A DNA stretch of 57,134 nt. Source: an uncultured Desulfobacteraceae bacterium (lineage in GTDB: Bacteria; Desulfobacterota; Desulfobacteria; Desulfobacterales; ETH-SRB1). Within the stretch, counting starts at the first letter, position 1. Every line of letters starts with the position of its first letter. Under the pieces are notes generated by a model. It made no database searches and was not told the DNA's origin. It saw only the letters and a list, made by a program, of their open reading frames with translations. The position numbers and the translations under genes are program-made. The stretch lies in contig CAYYMU010000001.1 of NCBI GenBank assembly GCA_964472445.1, positions 1 to 57,134 of the forward strand. The letters run 5' to 3'. Shown in pieces: positions 9,544 to 18,213 of the stretch.

Positions 9544-10824
9544 ATGATAAAAAAATCATTTATTGGTTTGGCTAAGCCCCATCTCGAATATGAAAGGCTT
9601 GAGGACACACCAAAAATCGAAAAAATTCCAAATCCGGAAAAGGTTACCTTTCTAATAGACGCTTTATATAACAAAAAGAAAGCTTTATTAAAAAAAGGCG
9701 CGGCAGTAAAAACCGGTCAGAAACTTGCGGTTTACGAAAACAAATATGACTATTTTACATCTTCTGTGGCTGGAAAAGTTTCTTCCCTTTCTTCATACCC
9801 GGGTAATTTTGGCAAGTCTTATACCGCTATTGAGGTTGAGGTTGCTGATGGGGAAACAGACGATCAGTTTTCTCAGGTTGCAAATAAACCTTCCATAGAT
9901 AATATCTCTGATTTCCTTGCCTTTTCTCCTGGAAATCCTTCAATAAAATCTTTTTCAAATTCCGAAAAACCAATAAATTCCATAGTTGTTTGCGGTGTTG
10001 ATCAAGACCTGCTAATCACCACAAATCAATATGTGGTAAAATCAAATATCGAAGCAGTAAAAAAAGGCATCGAAATATTAAAGGCTGTAACCAGAGTTGA
10101 TAATATAATATTGGTTGTATCTGAGGCTCAAGCACAAAGCGTTTCTTCGTCAGGAACAGGAATAAAAATTAAGCAGGTTGATTCAAAATATCCTGCTGCT
10201 CTGCCACAACTTATCGCTAAAAATTTGCTGGGAAAAGTGATACCTGCAGGAAAAACATGTGAAGACATGGGAATATGTTTTATCAGCGCTGAAGCAGTTG
10301 CATCGATTGGAGATGCATTTGAAAAAGGTCATATACCCACTACAAAAATACTGACCCTGATTAAAAAAGACGGTTCCAAAGTTCTTGTATCAGCAAAAAT
10401 TGGAACTCCTGTAGGCAATATTTTCGAAACCCTTAATATAACAGTAAATGAAAAAGATAAAATAATTTTTGGCGGGCCCATGACAGGATCTGCCGTGTAT
10501 TCATTGGATCATCCTGTTCAACCCGACACTGATGCAATTATTGTTCAGGATAAAGAGGATATTCCGGTTTTTTCAAACTATCCATGCATAAACTGCGGTG
10601 AATGCGTAAGAATATGTCCTGCAAATATTCAGATTAATCTGCTTGTTCGGTTTCTTGAAACCGGACAATATCAAGAAGCGGCGGATCAGTACGATCTGTA
10701 TTCATGCATTGAATGCGGTCTTTGCAGTTATGTTTGTGTATCTGGGATGCCGATATTCCAGTATATAAGGTCGGCAAAATATGAGCTTGGCAGGGCTAAT
10801 ACAGCGGAGGCAACTAATGGTTGA
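9544..10824 (+). CDS. rnfC: Rnf complex subunit C (atypical: nucleotide/flavin-binding motifs not recognisable)
   Basis: 426 aa. N-terminal barrel-sandwich-like segment, GGPMTG motif, and two C-terminal 4Fe-4S motifs (CINCGECVRICP, CIECGLCSYVC). First gene of rnfCDGEA. Confidence 0.8.
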   Translation: MIKKSFIGLAKPHLEYERLEDTPKIEKIPNPEKVTFLIDALYNKKKALLKKGAAVKTGQKLAVYENKYDYFTSSVAGKVSSLSSYPGNFGKSYTAIEVEVADGETDDQFSQVANKPSIDNISDFLAFSPGNPSIKSFSNSEKPINSIVVCGVDQDLLITTNQYVVKSNIEAVKKGIEILKAVTRVDNIILVVSEAQAQSVSSSGTGIKIKQVDSKYPAALPQLIAKNLLGKVIPAGKTCEDMGICFISAEAVASIGDAFEKGHIPTTKILTLIKKDGSKVLVSAKIGTPVGNIFETLNITVNEKDKIIFGGPMTGSAVYSLDHPVQPDTDAIIVQDKEDIPVFSNYPCINCGECVRICPANIQINLLVRFLETGQYQEAADQYDLYSCIECGLCSYVCVSGMPIFQYIRSAKYELGRANTAEATNG

Positions 10825-11776
10825 TAATAACAAATTTATAGTTTCACATGCCCCTTTCTGGCACGATGGAAGCAGAATATCTACACGAAATTATAATATG
10901 GCGCTCGCTGCTTTCCCGGCAATACTTCTTGGCATTATTTACTATGGCATGCCGGCTGTTGGCGTTGTGTCACTTTCTATCTCCTCGGCAATTATCTGGG
11001 AATTTATATTTTGTCGTGTAACAAAACGTTCAATTACCATTGGAGACGGTAATGCAGCGATTATTGGTATGATATTGGGCATGCTTTTACCGGCAACAGC
11101 GCCCTGGTGGCTTGTAATAATAGGAACATTTGTTGCCGTTATTATCGGGAAACAGATCTATGGCGGAATCGGTGCTAATCCTTTTAATCCTGTAGTTGTT
11201 GCCATGGCCATTCTCATGATATCATGGACAGACATATTTGATTTTAACGAAGCGCTTATAAATTACGATTTGGATTTTGCCATGGTATATCCGCTTGCCG
11301 CTTTAAAACATTTTGGCGTATCTGCTGTTGATTCATTCAGCATGGGTGATCTTTTAATGGGCAAACAGTCAGGTGGAATAGGCTCGACATTTGGGCTCGG
11401 CCTTATTGCCGGAGGGATCTATCTCATTATCAAAGGAATCATCAGGTGGGAAATAGCTCTTTCCTTTTTAGCCGGTGTTTTTATAACCGCTCTGTTGTTT
11501 AACATAACCGATCCTGCGAGTTATGCGGGCCCGGTTGTCCATCTTTTTGCCGGTTATACTTTGATAGGGGCCTTTTTTCTTGCAACTGAAGATTCCTCTT
11601 CGCCGGTCAATTTTATTCCCATGCTTATTTACGGCGCATGCACGGGTTTTTTGACCGTACTCATCAGAAATATCGGTGTTTATGTTGATGGCGTGATCTT
11701 TGCGATCCTGATTATGAACCTTGTAAATCCGCTTTTAGATAAGATCAGTCCAAAAGCGATTGGAAAGGTAGCTTAA
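10817..11776 (+). CDS. rnfD: Rnf complex subunit D
   Basis: Polytopic NqrB/RnfD-like protein. ATG 10817 overlaps the rnfC stop and has GGAGG 7 nt upstream. The ORF-track start at 10781 is probably an over-extension. Confidence 0.9.
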   Translation: MVDNNKFIVSHAPFWHDGSRISTRNYNMALAAFPAILLGIIYYGMPAVGVVSLSISSAIIWEFIFCRVTKRSITIGDGNAAIIGMILGMLLPATAPWWLVIIGTFVAVIIGKQIYGGIGANPFNPVVVAMAILMISWTDIFDFNEALINYDLDFAMVYPLAALKHFGVSAVDSFSMGDLLMGKQSGGIGSTFGLGLIAGGIYLIIKGIIRWEIALSFLAGVFITALLFNITDPASYAGPVVHLFAGYTLIGAFFLATEDSSSPVNFIPMLIYGACTGFLTVLIRNIGVYVDGVIFAILIMNLVNPLLDKISPKAIGKVA

Positions 11777-11777
11777 A

Positions 11778-12368
11778 ATGCGTGAAATAATAAAAATGAT
11801 CGTGGTTCTGACTGTTCTTAGCTGTTTCTCAGGAGGCCTTCTTGCCGCAATCAGCGGAGGAACAAAAGATAAAATCGAATATCAGCAGTTAGTCTTTGTT
11901 AAAGGGCCTGCAATAAGGAATATTCTTGAAGGATGTTCCAATGATCCTATTGTTGACCGCTTTAAAATCAAGGACGGCGATATTGAAAGAAGCTTCTTTG
12001 TAGGTGTATTCGACGGTAAAGCCGACACTGTGGCATTCGAAAGCTTTGGAAAGGGATTTGGTGGTGATATCGGCATTATGGTTGGTATAAACATAAATGA
12101 TGATAAGATTATCAGTATGGGTGTAACTACCCACAGTGAAACGCCAGGTATAGGTTCCAAGGCAAAAACAGATCCTAAATTTTCAGATCAATTCAAGACA
12201 TTGGATTTGGTTCAATCTTTTAAGGTCAAACCAGACGGCGGAGAAATCGATGCCATATCCGGAGCCTCTGTTACCTCACGTGGAGTTTGTGGTGGCATAA
12301 CAGAAGCTGGTACTGTTTATGAACGCTTAAAACCTCAAATTATTGAAGAAATAAAAAAATTTAGTTAG
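11778..12368 (+). CDS. rnfG: Rnf complex subunit G (FMN-binding)
   Basis: 196 aa with an N-terminal anchor. DAISGASVTS matches the flavinylation motif Dxx(s/t)gA(T/S). Confidence 0.9.
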   Translation: MREIIKMIVVLTVLSCFSGGLLAAISGGTKDKIEYQQLVFVKGPAIRNILEGCSNDPIVDRFKIKDGDIERSFFVGVFDGKADTVAFESFGKGFGGDIGIMVGININDDKIISMGVTTHSETPGIGSKAKTDPKFSDQFKTLDLVQSFKVKPDGGEIDAISGASVTSRGVCGGITEAGTVYERLKPQIIEEIKKFS

Positions 12369-12386
12369 GGATAGGGAGTAAAAAAG

Positions 12387-12980
12387 ATGGCTAAGTCTAT
12401 CACTCAGGAATTTACAAAAGGTTTGTGGGATGAGATACCACCATTCAGGCTTGTGCTTGGCCTCTGTCCCACACTTGCTGTTACTAAATCTGTAGAAAAC
12501 GGACTTGGAATGGGAGTGGCTGTAATCTTTGTTCTTGTATGTTCCAATATACTTGTTTCATTGCTGCGAAATATAATTCCTTCAAAAGTAAGAATAGCCT
12601 GTTTTATCGTAATAATTGCAACATTTGTTATAGTTGTAGAACTTCTTATGCAGGCTTATACATATTCACTCTTTTTAAAGCTTGGAATTTTCATACCTCT
12701 TATTGTCGTTAACTGTATTTTGCTTGGACGCGCCGAGGCATTTGCGTACAAAAACGGCGTTGTCGCCTCAATAGCGGATGGGCTTGGGATAGGTTTCGGG
12801 TTTACCCTTTCCCTGGTTTCCATCGGCGCCCTGCGGGAGGTATTTGGCAGCGGCACCTTTTTCGGAATGTCTGTATTTGGCCCCTCTTATCAGCCTTTTA
12901 CATTCATGGTCGAGGCCCCCGGCGCATTTGTGTGTCTTGGGCTCATGCTCTGTATAATGAACCTTGCAGGAAGTAAATAG
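12387..12980 (+). CDS. rnfE: Rnf complex subunit E
   Basis: 197-aa polytopic protein of the NqrD/RnfE type in the conserved position. GGGAG RBS. Confidence 0.9.
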   Translation: MAKSITQEFTKGLWDEIPPFRLVLGLCPTLAVTKSVENGLGMGVAVIFVLVCSNILVSLLRNIIPSKVRIACFIVIIATFVIVVELLMQAYTYSLFLKLGIFIPLIVVNCILLGRAEAFAYKNGVVASIADGLGIGFGFTLSLVSIGALREVFGSGTFFGMSVFGPSYQPFTFMVEAPGAFVCLGLMLCIMNLAGSK

Positions 12981-12991
12981 GAGAAAATCTA

Positions 12992-13567
12992 ATGGGAGAT
13001 TATATACTCCTCGCTATAAGCTGCATCCTTGTTAACAACATTCTGCTTGCACAGTATCTGGGTTGTTGTCCTTTTATGGGCACATCAAAGAAAATGGAAA
13101 CAGCAATTGGAATGGGTATGGCTGTAATATTTGTTCTTGTTATGGCAGGTTCAATGACGTGGCTTATTGAGGCATATGTTTTAAAACCGTTCAAACTTGA
13201 ATATCTTAGAACCATTGCTTTTATTCTTGTAATAGCATCTCTTGTGCAGTTTGTTGAGATGTTTTTAAGAAAGAGCATCCCTGCTCTGTATAAAGGGCTT
13301 GGAATCTTTTTGCCGCTTATTACAACCAACTGCGCTGTAATGGGGGTTTGTCTTATAAATATTAATGAAGAATATACTTTTGTCCAGAGCCTTGTCACAT
13401 CATTTAGTTATGCGACAGGTTTTGGTCTTGCCCTTGTTCTTTTTGCAGGAGTACGTGAACGCATACTTCTGGCCAGGGTTCCAAAACCGCTCGAGGATAC
13501 TGCTATCGGGCTTGTTACTGCGGGAATGCTTTCCCTTGCGTTTTTTGCATTCAAAGGAATGGTTTAA
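12992..13567 (+). CDS. rnfA: Rnf complex subunit A
   Basis: 191-aa polytopic protein of the NqrE/RnfA type. AGGAG RBS. Confidence 0.9.
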   Translation: MGDYILLAISCILVNNILLAQYLGCCPFMGTSKKMETAIGMGMAVIFVLVMAGSMTWLIEAYVLKPFKLEYLRTIAFILVIASLVQFVEMFLRKSIPALYKGLGIFLPLITTNCAVMGVCLININEEYTFVQSLVTSFSYATGFGLALVLFAGVRERILLARVPKPLEDTAIGLVTAGMLSLAFFAFKGMV

Positions 13568-13580
13568 AAATAGTAAATTC

Positions 13581-13625
13581 CAGGGGGACTTTTGTAAATC
13601 AAACATATTACAAAAAGTTCCCCTG
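13581..13625 (+). terminator. Long hairpin downstream of rnfA (possible terminator)
   Basis: Imperfect 17-18-bp stem CAGGGGGACTTTTGTAA / TTACAAAAAGTTCCCCTG with a 10-nt loop, and no clear T-run. Confidence 0.45.
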
Positions 13626-13739
13626 AGTTGTCTGGAAAAGAAATACCGCTTAAATTTTCTCGCCGCACTAAAGATTCAAAACCTAGAACTTTTTCCTGTT
13701 TCGTGTTTCTGTGATTATTCTATAATTTTTAGAAAAAAG

Positions 13740-13898
13740 ATAATAGTTCAGCCACTAAGTCACTAAGGCACAAAAGGACTTTAGTTTTAAAGTGTTATCA
13801 AAAAGAGAAGAAAAAAGTTGTAGATACGGCATATACTGTATATTAAGAATTATATTATAATCATGGTGTTCTTAGTACCTTTGTGGCTGAACTATTAC
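13740..13898. mobile_element. 159-bp MITE-like element related to the four-helix-bundle element family
   Basis: About 29-bp imperfect terminal inverted repeats (ATAATAGTTCAGCCACTAAGTCACTAAG / CTTAGTACCTTTGTGGCTGAACTATTAC). Flanks GAAAAAAG / GAAAAAGG look like an 8-bp target duplication. The TTCAGCCAC terminus is shared with the elements at 52604 and 56940. Confidence 0.6.
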
Positions 13899-13918
13899 GA
13901 AAAAGGCTATTATATATT

Positions 13919-14365
13919 TTGGCAACTGAAAAAGGCATTGTAACAAAGGTTTATTCTTCTATAGCATGTGTTAAATGCTCCAAATCCGCTGCGTGTGAGT
14001 CATGCTCGGCAAAAGATTTCTGTGATACTGCTAAGGGAGGAGGGTCTGATGATGATGTGGAAGTGGAAGCAATAAATGCTGTGGGAGCAAAGGTCGATGA
14101 CAAAGTTACTATCAGCTTTGAAACATCTTCATTATTAAAATTATCTTTTCTCGTTTATATGGTTCCGGTTTTATTTTTAATCTTTGGGGTGGTTATCGGC
14201 GATAAAATCGCGCCTATATTCAATTACGATCAATCAATGTTTTCGGTACTTGTTGGTTTTTTATTTCTGTTTGCCGCATTTTTCTTTGTTAAAGTAAAAG
14301 GGAAAGAGCTATCTAAAAAAGAAGCATATCAACCCAAAATCATTAGAATCCTAAAACAGCAATAA
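13919..14365 (+). CDS. rseC: RseC/MucC-family (SoxR-reducing system) membrane protein
   Basis: N-terminal ...EKGIVTKV... plus a Cys cluster (CVKCSKSAACESCSAKDFC), then two TM helices. Typical companion of rnf operons. The ORF-track GTG at 13883 lies inside the MITE inverted repeat, so TTG 13919 is preferred. The start is uncertain. Confidence 0.65.
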   Translation: MATEKGIVTKVYSSIACVKCSKSAACESCSAKDFCDTAKGGGSDDDVEVEAINAVGAKVDDKVTISFETSSLLKLSFLVYMVPVLFLIFGVVIGDKIAPIFNYDQSMFSVLVGFLFLFAAFFFVKVKGKELSKKEAYQPKIIRILKQQ

Positions 14366-14418
14366 GTTTGCACATCACTTCGAGATAAAAGCCTTCCCAA
14401 GATATGATTCTCTCCTAT

Positions 14419-14538
14419 GAGCCTCTTGCAGAAACACATAAAATCACATTGCGCACTCTATATATTGCATAGAGGCGTAAGCTGTGGCACATTATGTAGC
14501 CCTGCACTGTCGATCGGAGTTGTTTCTGCAAGAGGCTC
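14419..14538. repeat. Large inverted repeat (18-bp perfect arms, 84-nt spacer)
   Basis: GAGCCTCTTGCAGAAACA at 14419-14436 is the exact reverse complement of 14521-14538. There is only a single copy in the window. Confidence 0.6.
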
Positions 14539-14540
14539 CT

Positions 14541-14590
14541 AATAAAAAAAATAAAAATCCACGCCCCCTCAGAGCAGAGGACGTGGATTT
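14541..14590 (-). terminator. Rho-independent terminator of the mrp-like operon
   Basis: Stem AAATCCACG...CGTGGATTT with inner CCTC/GAGG pairing, followed on the minus strand by a long T-run. It lies about 45 nt downstream of the last mrp-like gene. Confidence 0.7.
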
Positions 14591-14633
14591 AATTTCACCT
14601 ATATAGTAATCTCAAGTCAATGTAATAAAAAAA

Positions 14634-16139
14634 CTATGGGATCGGTATTACCCCTATAACATTATTAAAAAGATTAAGCGCCAGTTTAGGGCATAACCCC
14701 AGTAAGATTGATACGGCTGCTATCATAAGAAGCGGAATGCTCATCGTTAAGGGTGGATCTTTAATTTTATCGTTCGCCAGATTTGGATTTAATGGTCCAA
14801 AAAATATAATTTTTACTGACCTGAATGTATAGGCAACCGTCAGTATAATTGCGCCGGATGCGAAAATCGCAACCATAAGCCCGGTAGGCATTGTCTGAAG
14901 GCCTGTTTTAAATATGCCTGTAAACATAACCCATTCCGCAGGAAAACTGGACATTGGCGGAAAACCGGAAAGCATGGTCGCTCCCATAATCCAGAGTGCT
15001 GCTGTTATCGGCATTTTCTGTGCAAGTCCGCCCATCTGTCTCATATCCCTTGTTCCTGTTGTATAAACCAGTATGCCGGCAGTTGAAAACAGAATGGTTT
15101 TCCCCATAATGTGTCCCAGGAAAAAAAACATTCCGCCCTCAATACTCGCTATAGTGAGAGCTGATATACCAAGAAGCGAATAAGCAAGCTGGCTTATTGT
15201 TGAACAGGCAGCGAAACGTTTTACATCGGTTTGCGCCATAGTTAAAAGGGACCCGTATACCATTGTTATAAGCGCCATTATCATTAGAGGTATTGAAAAT
15301 GCTTTAAAGTCGGCAGGCAGCGGAAAAACTATTACTCGTACCATAACATAGGCCGCAACATTTGCATAAACAGCAAGAAGACCGGCTATACATGTGGGAT
15401 GCTCTGCATGAACCCATGGCATCCAGACATGAAAAGGAAAAGCCGCCATTTTTATCAGTATTGCAATAAGAAGTATAAATATAATCCAGGGAGTCATTGG
15501 ATTTCCCGCAAGATTACTCATATCTGCAATATTAAAACTTCCGATCTGACTATAAGCCATCAGAAATCCTGCAATAAAAAAGGCCGCTCCGATAACCGCC
15601 CACATCAAACAGATCATAGCCACTCTTACTCTGTCAACATACCCAAATGTGGCCATAATAAAATATAGAGGTATGGGCAGCACTTCGAGAAAAAAATACA
15701 TGGCTATCATGTTTTTTACAAGGCATACGCCCATGAAACCCATAGGAAAACCAAGAAACATGGAATAAAAACGTGTATAGTGGTTTAAATATGTACGCTC
15801 ATCCACATCACCGTATATAGCCTCTATCCTGTGATCTATATAGTGTATTGCATAAAATGCAAGAGCAGTGCAAAGGCCGTTAATTATCAACGCAACCGGC
15901 AGGCTTAACCCGTCGCCGAGAAGCCCGAATGTGATTGCCGAATCAATAAATGGATATTCTTCAATAATTACTTCGCCATGATAGACTCTTACACATGCCA
16001 TAAGTAAAAGCACTGTTGAATATAAAAGGCTGCAACCTGCTATCCATCCGGCCTTTCTTCCTATCAGGTGTCTGGTCAACAGTATGAATAAAGAAGCAAT
16101 CGGCGGAACAATTATTATTTGCAAAAGAATATGAGACAT
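14634..16139 (-). CDS. NuoM/N/MrpD-like antiporter-type subunit (third large subunit)
   Basis: 501-aa polytopic protein with proton-conducting membrane-transporter signatures (FPFHVWMPWVHAEHPT, SQLAY, GGL..KMP). Confidence 0.85.
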   Translation of the reverse strand: MSHILLQIIIVPPIASLFILLTRHLIGRKAGWIAGCSLLYSTVLLLMACVRVYHGEVIIEEYPFIDSAITFGLLGDGLSLPVALIINGLCTALAFYAIHYIDHRIEAIYGDVDERTYLNHYTRFYSMFLGFPMGFMGVCLVKNMIAMYFFLEVLPIPLYFIMATFGYVDRVRVAMICLMWAVIGAAFFIAGFLMAYSQIGSFNIADMSNLAGNPMTPWIIFILLIAILIKMAAFPFHVWMPWVHAEHPTCIAGLLAVYANVAAYVMVRVIVFPLPADFKAFSIPLMIMALITMVYGSLLTMAQTDVKRFAACSTISQLAYSLLGISALTIASIEGGMFFFLGHIMGKTILFSTAGILVYTTGTRDMRQMGGLAQKMPITAALWIMGATMLSGFPPMSSFPAEWVMFTGIFKTGLQTMPTGLMVAIFASGAIILTVAYTFRSVKIIFFGPLNPNLANDKIKDPPLTMSIPLLMIAAVSILLGLCPKLALNLFNNVIGVIPIP

Positions 16140-16167
16140 CTTTTTATCTCCGTAATGTCATAAGAAA

Positions 16168-18198
16168 TTATTTTAATACCAGAAATAGCAGACAAATAAA
16201 AACAACAACAACATAGGATATGTTATACAAAAGATCATCCGACTCGGTCCGCAGTTTAAACATCACCGCAGGGGCTCTCTGCGTAAAAAAAGCAGGGATT
16301 TTTCTGTGGACGAAATTGTCAAACCTTTCTTCAAGTGTATAAGCCACAAAATCGGCTAACTTAAATGTTCCGTCCATAAAAAATTTTAAATAAAAAGCAT
16401 CGACGAACCATCTGTTCCAAAAAAATTTATGAAAGATCTGAAGGCTTGATGATCTCTCAAGAATAGCCTTGGGATCCCATTTTTGAGCTATATACATAAA
16501 ATATGCAGGCACTGCTCCAAGAAGTATAGCGGCTATCGACAGCACTGAAACCAGCAAATGGTAATTAAACGGATGTTCTCCGCCATGTGCAACCGGTAAA
16601 GCAAGCGTTCCAACGAGGTTCGAGTGAAACCCCTCTTCTAAAAGATGTTCTACACGTGGACCAACCAGGCCAAGAAATATAATAATTACAGCCAGAACAG
16701 CGCATGCGCCCCACATGGTGAAGGAAACCTCATGAATATGTCCTCCTTCCTGCTTTATATGCTTTATCTGCTTACTCTCCTGGCCATAAAACACCATGCC
16801 GATCATACGGGTTGTGTAAAATGCCGTTAAAACTACGGTAATTACAGCAAGAATAAATATCGGCAACTGATGGGCTTCCAGAGCTGAAAGTAAGATAGCA
16901 TCCTTGCTGAAAAAACCAGGCATAGGCGGAATCCCCATCAAACAAATTGCAGCGATAAGCATGGAAATCCAGGTCAACGGCATATACTTTCTCATTGAAC
17001 CCATATCATTCATATAAATTGAATGAGCGGAATGTATAACAGAACCGGCACACAGAAAGAGGCAGGCCTTGAAAACAGCATGGCTTACAAGGTGAAATAT
17101 GCCTGATGTTGTTCCACCTATCAATACTGCTTCACTTAAACCGGCCATACCCAGGCCCACCCACATGTAACCAATCTGGCTTACAGTAGAAAATGCAAGA
17201 GCTTTTTTAAGCTCTAAGGCGACCATGCCCTGAGTTGCTGCAACAAATGCCGTAATAACCCCTACCCATGCTACAATCGTAAAAAATAAAGAGGCCTCAT
17301 GAACACCGGCCACCCAGTAGCCGTAATAAAACATGGGAATAAACCTGGCGACAAGATAAACCCCGCTTTTAACCATAGTCGCCGCATGAATTAAAGCTGA
17401 AACAGGACCCGGGCCTGCCATGGCCTCCGGAAGCCATTCATGCATGGGAAACTGAGCTGATTTACCAATGGGGCCTGCAAGAAGAAGCACTGTAGTCAGC
17501 ATAATTAGACCCGGGGTCTTAGCCATTTCCGGCATCCAGATAGAGACTGTCGTGTAAAGCTCCATTATATTCAGGGTTTTGGCATAATAAAATATAATTA
17601 ATATGCCGCCTAACATGATAAGATCGCCGACACCCGTTACAACCAGTGCCTTTAACCCGCAATGGCTTGGGGAAACCATTTTGGTGGGTGAAGGACCGCC
17701 TATCCAGTATTTTTCTTCATCTCTATAATAATAACCGATCAAAGCATAACTGCACAAACCAACCAGTTTCCATCCAACAAAAAGAAACAGCAGATTATTT
17801 GTAAGCACCAGCAGGAGCATGCTACCTACAAAAAGGTTTACCAGCATTAAAAACCTGGTTATCCCCGGGTCTCCCTTCATATATCCAAGGCAGTAAACAG
17901 TAATAATACAGCTTATTACGGCAACCACAACTGCCAGGATAATGCTGAGCGGATCTACCAATATCCCGAATTCCACTACAAAAGGTATCTCAAGCCACTT
18001 CACAGAACTTTCGAGAGGCAATGTTTCCGGATGAAACAGGTGCGTCAAGAGCTTCAGGCTGGCGATTGCAGATAAAAAGGGAAAAAGTACGGCCGCGGCA
18101 TTTCTTAGCTTAGGATGTACCCTATCCAGCAAAAATATGAAAACGATCCCAAGAAAAGGGAAAAGCACACATAACCATGCTATTGTCAACGTATCCAC
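16168..18198 (-). CDS. mrpA: NuoL/MrpA-like antiporter-type subunit (N-terminal MrpA part with long C-terminal extension)
   Basis: 676 aa with NuoL-type motifs (FVGWKLVGLCSYALIGYY, AQFPMHEWLPEAMAGP). It lacks the MrpB-like C-terminal domain of full-length MrpA, which is encoded separately here. GTG start with AGGAGG RBS. Confidence 0.8.
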   Translation of the reverse strand: MDTLTIAWLCVLFPFLGIVFIFLLDRVHPKLRNAAAVLFPFLSAIASLKLLTHLFHPETLPLESSVKWLEIPFVVEFGILVDPLSIILAVVVAVISCIITVYCLGYMKGDPGITRFLMLVNLFVGSMLLLVLTNNLLFLFVGWKLVGLCSYALIGYYYRDEEKYWIGGPSPTKMVSPSHCGLKALVVTGVGDLIMLGGILIIFYYAKTLNIMELYTTVSIWMPEMAKTPGLIMLTTVLLLAGPIGKSAQFPMHEWLPEAMAGPGPVSALIHAATMVKSGVYLVARFIPMFYYGYWVAGVHEASLFFTIVAWVGVITAFVAATQGMVALELKKALAFSTVSQIGYMWVGLGMAGLSEAVLIGGTTSGIFHLVSHAVFKACLFLCAGSVIHSAHSIYMNDMGSMRKYMPLTWISMLIAAICLMGIPPMPGFFSKDAILLSALEAHQLPIFILAVITVVLTAFYTTRMIGMVFYGQESKQIKHIKQEGGHIHEVSFTMWGACAVLAVIIIFLGLVGPRVEHLLEEGFHSNLVGTLALPVAHGGEHPFNYHLLVSVLSIAAILLGAVPAYFMYIAQKWDPKAILERSSSLQIFHKFFWNRWFVDAFYLKFFMDGTFKLADFVAYTLEERFDNFVHRKIPAFFTQRAPAVMFKLRTESDDLLYNISYVVVVFICLLFLVLK

Positions 18199-18213
18199 GT
18201 AATGACCTCCTAA

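Noticed and set aside
9423-9674. 83-aa minus-strand ORF in the rnfC leader and 5' end.
   Set aside because: It is antisense to the rnfC start and covers the structured spacer. It has no RBS or motif.
13365-13766. 133-aa ORF running from inside rnfA through the hairpin and into the MITE.
   Set aside because: It is out of frame with rnfA, crosses a terminator-like hairpin and a repeat terminus, and has no motifs.
14485-14500. TGGCAC hexamer inside the large inverted repeat, considered as a possible -24 element.
   Set aside because: No GC dinucleotide lies at the required N10 spacing (TGGCACATTATGTAGC gives N12), and no gene lies downstream in that orientation.
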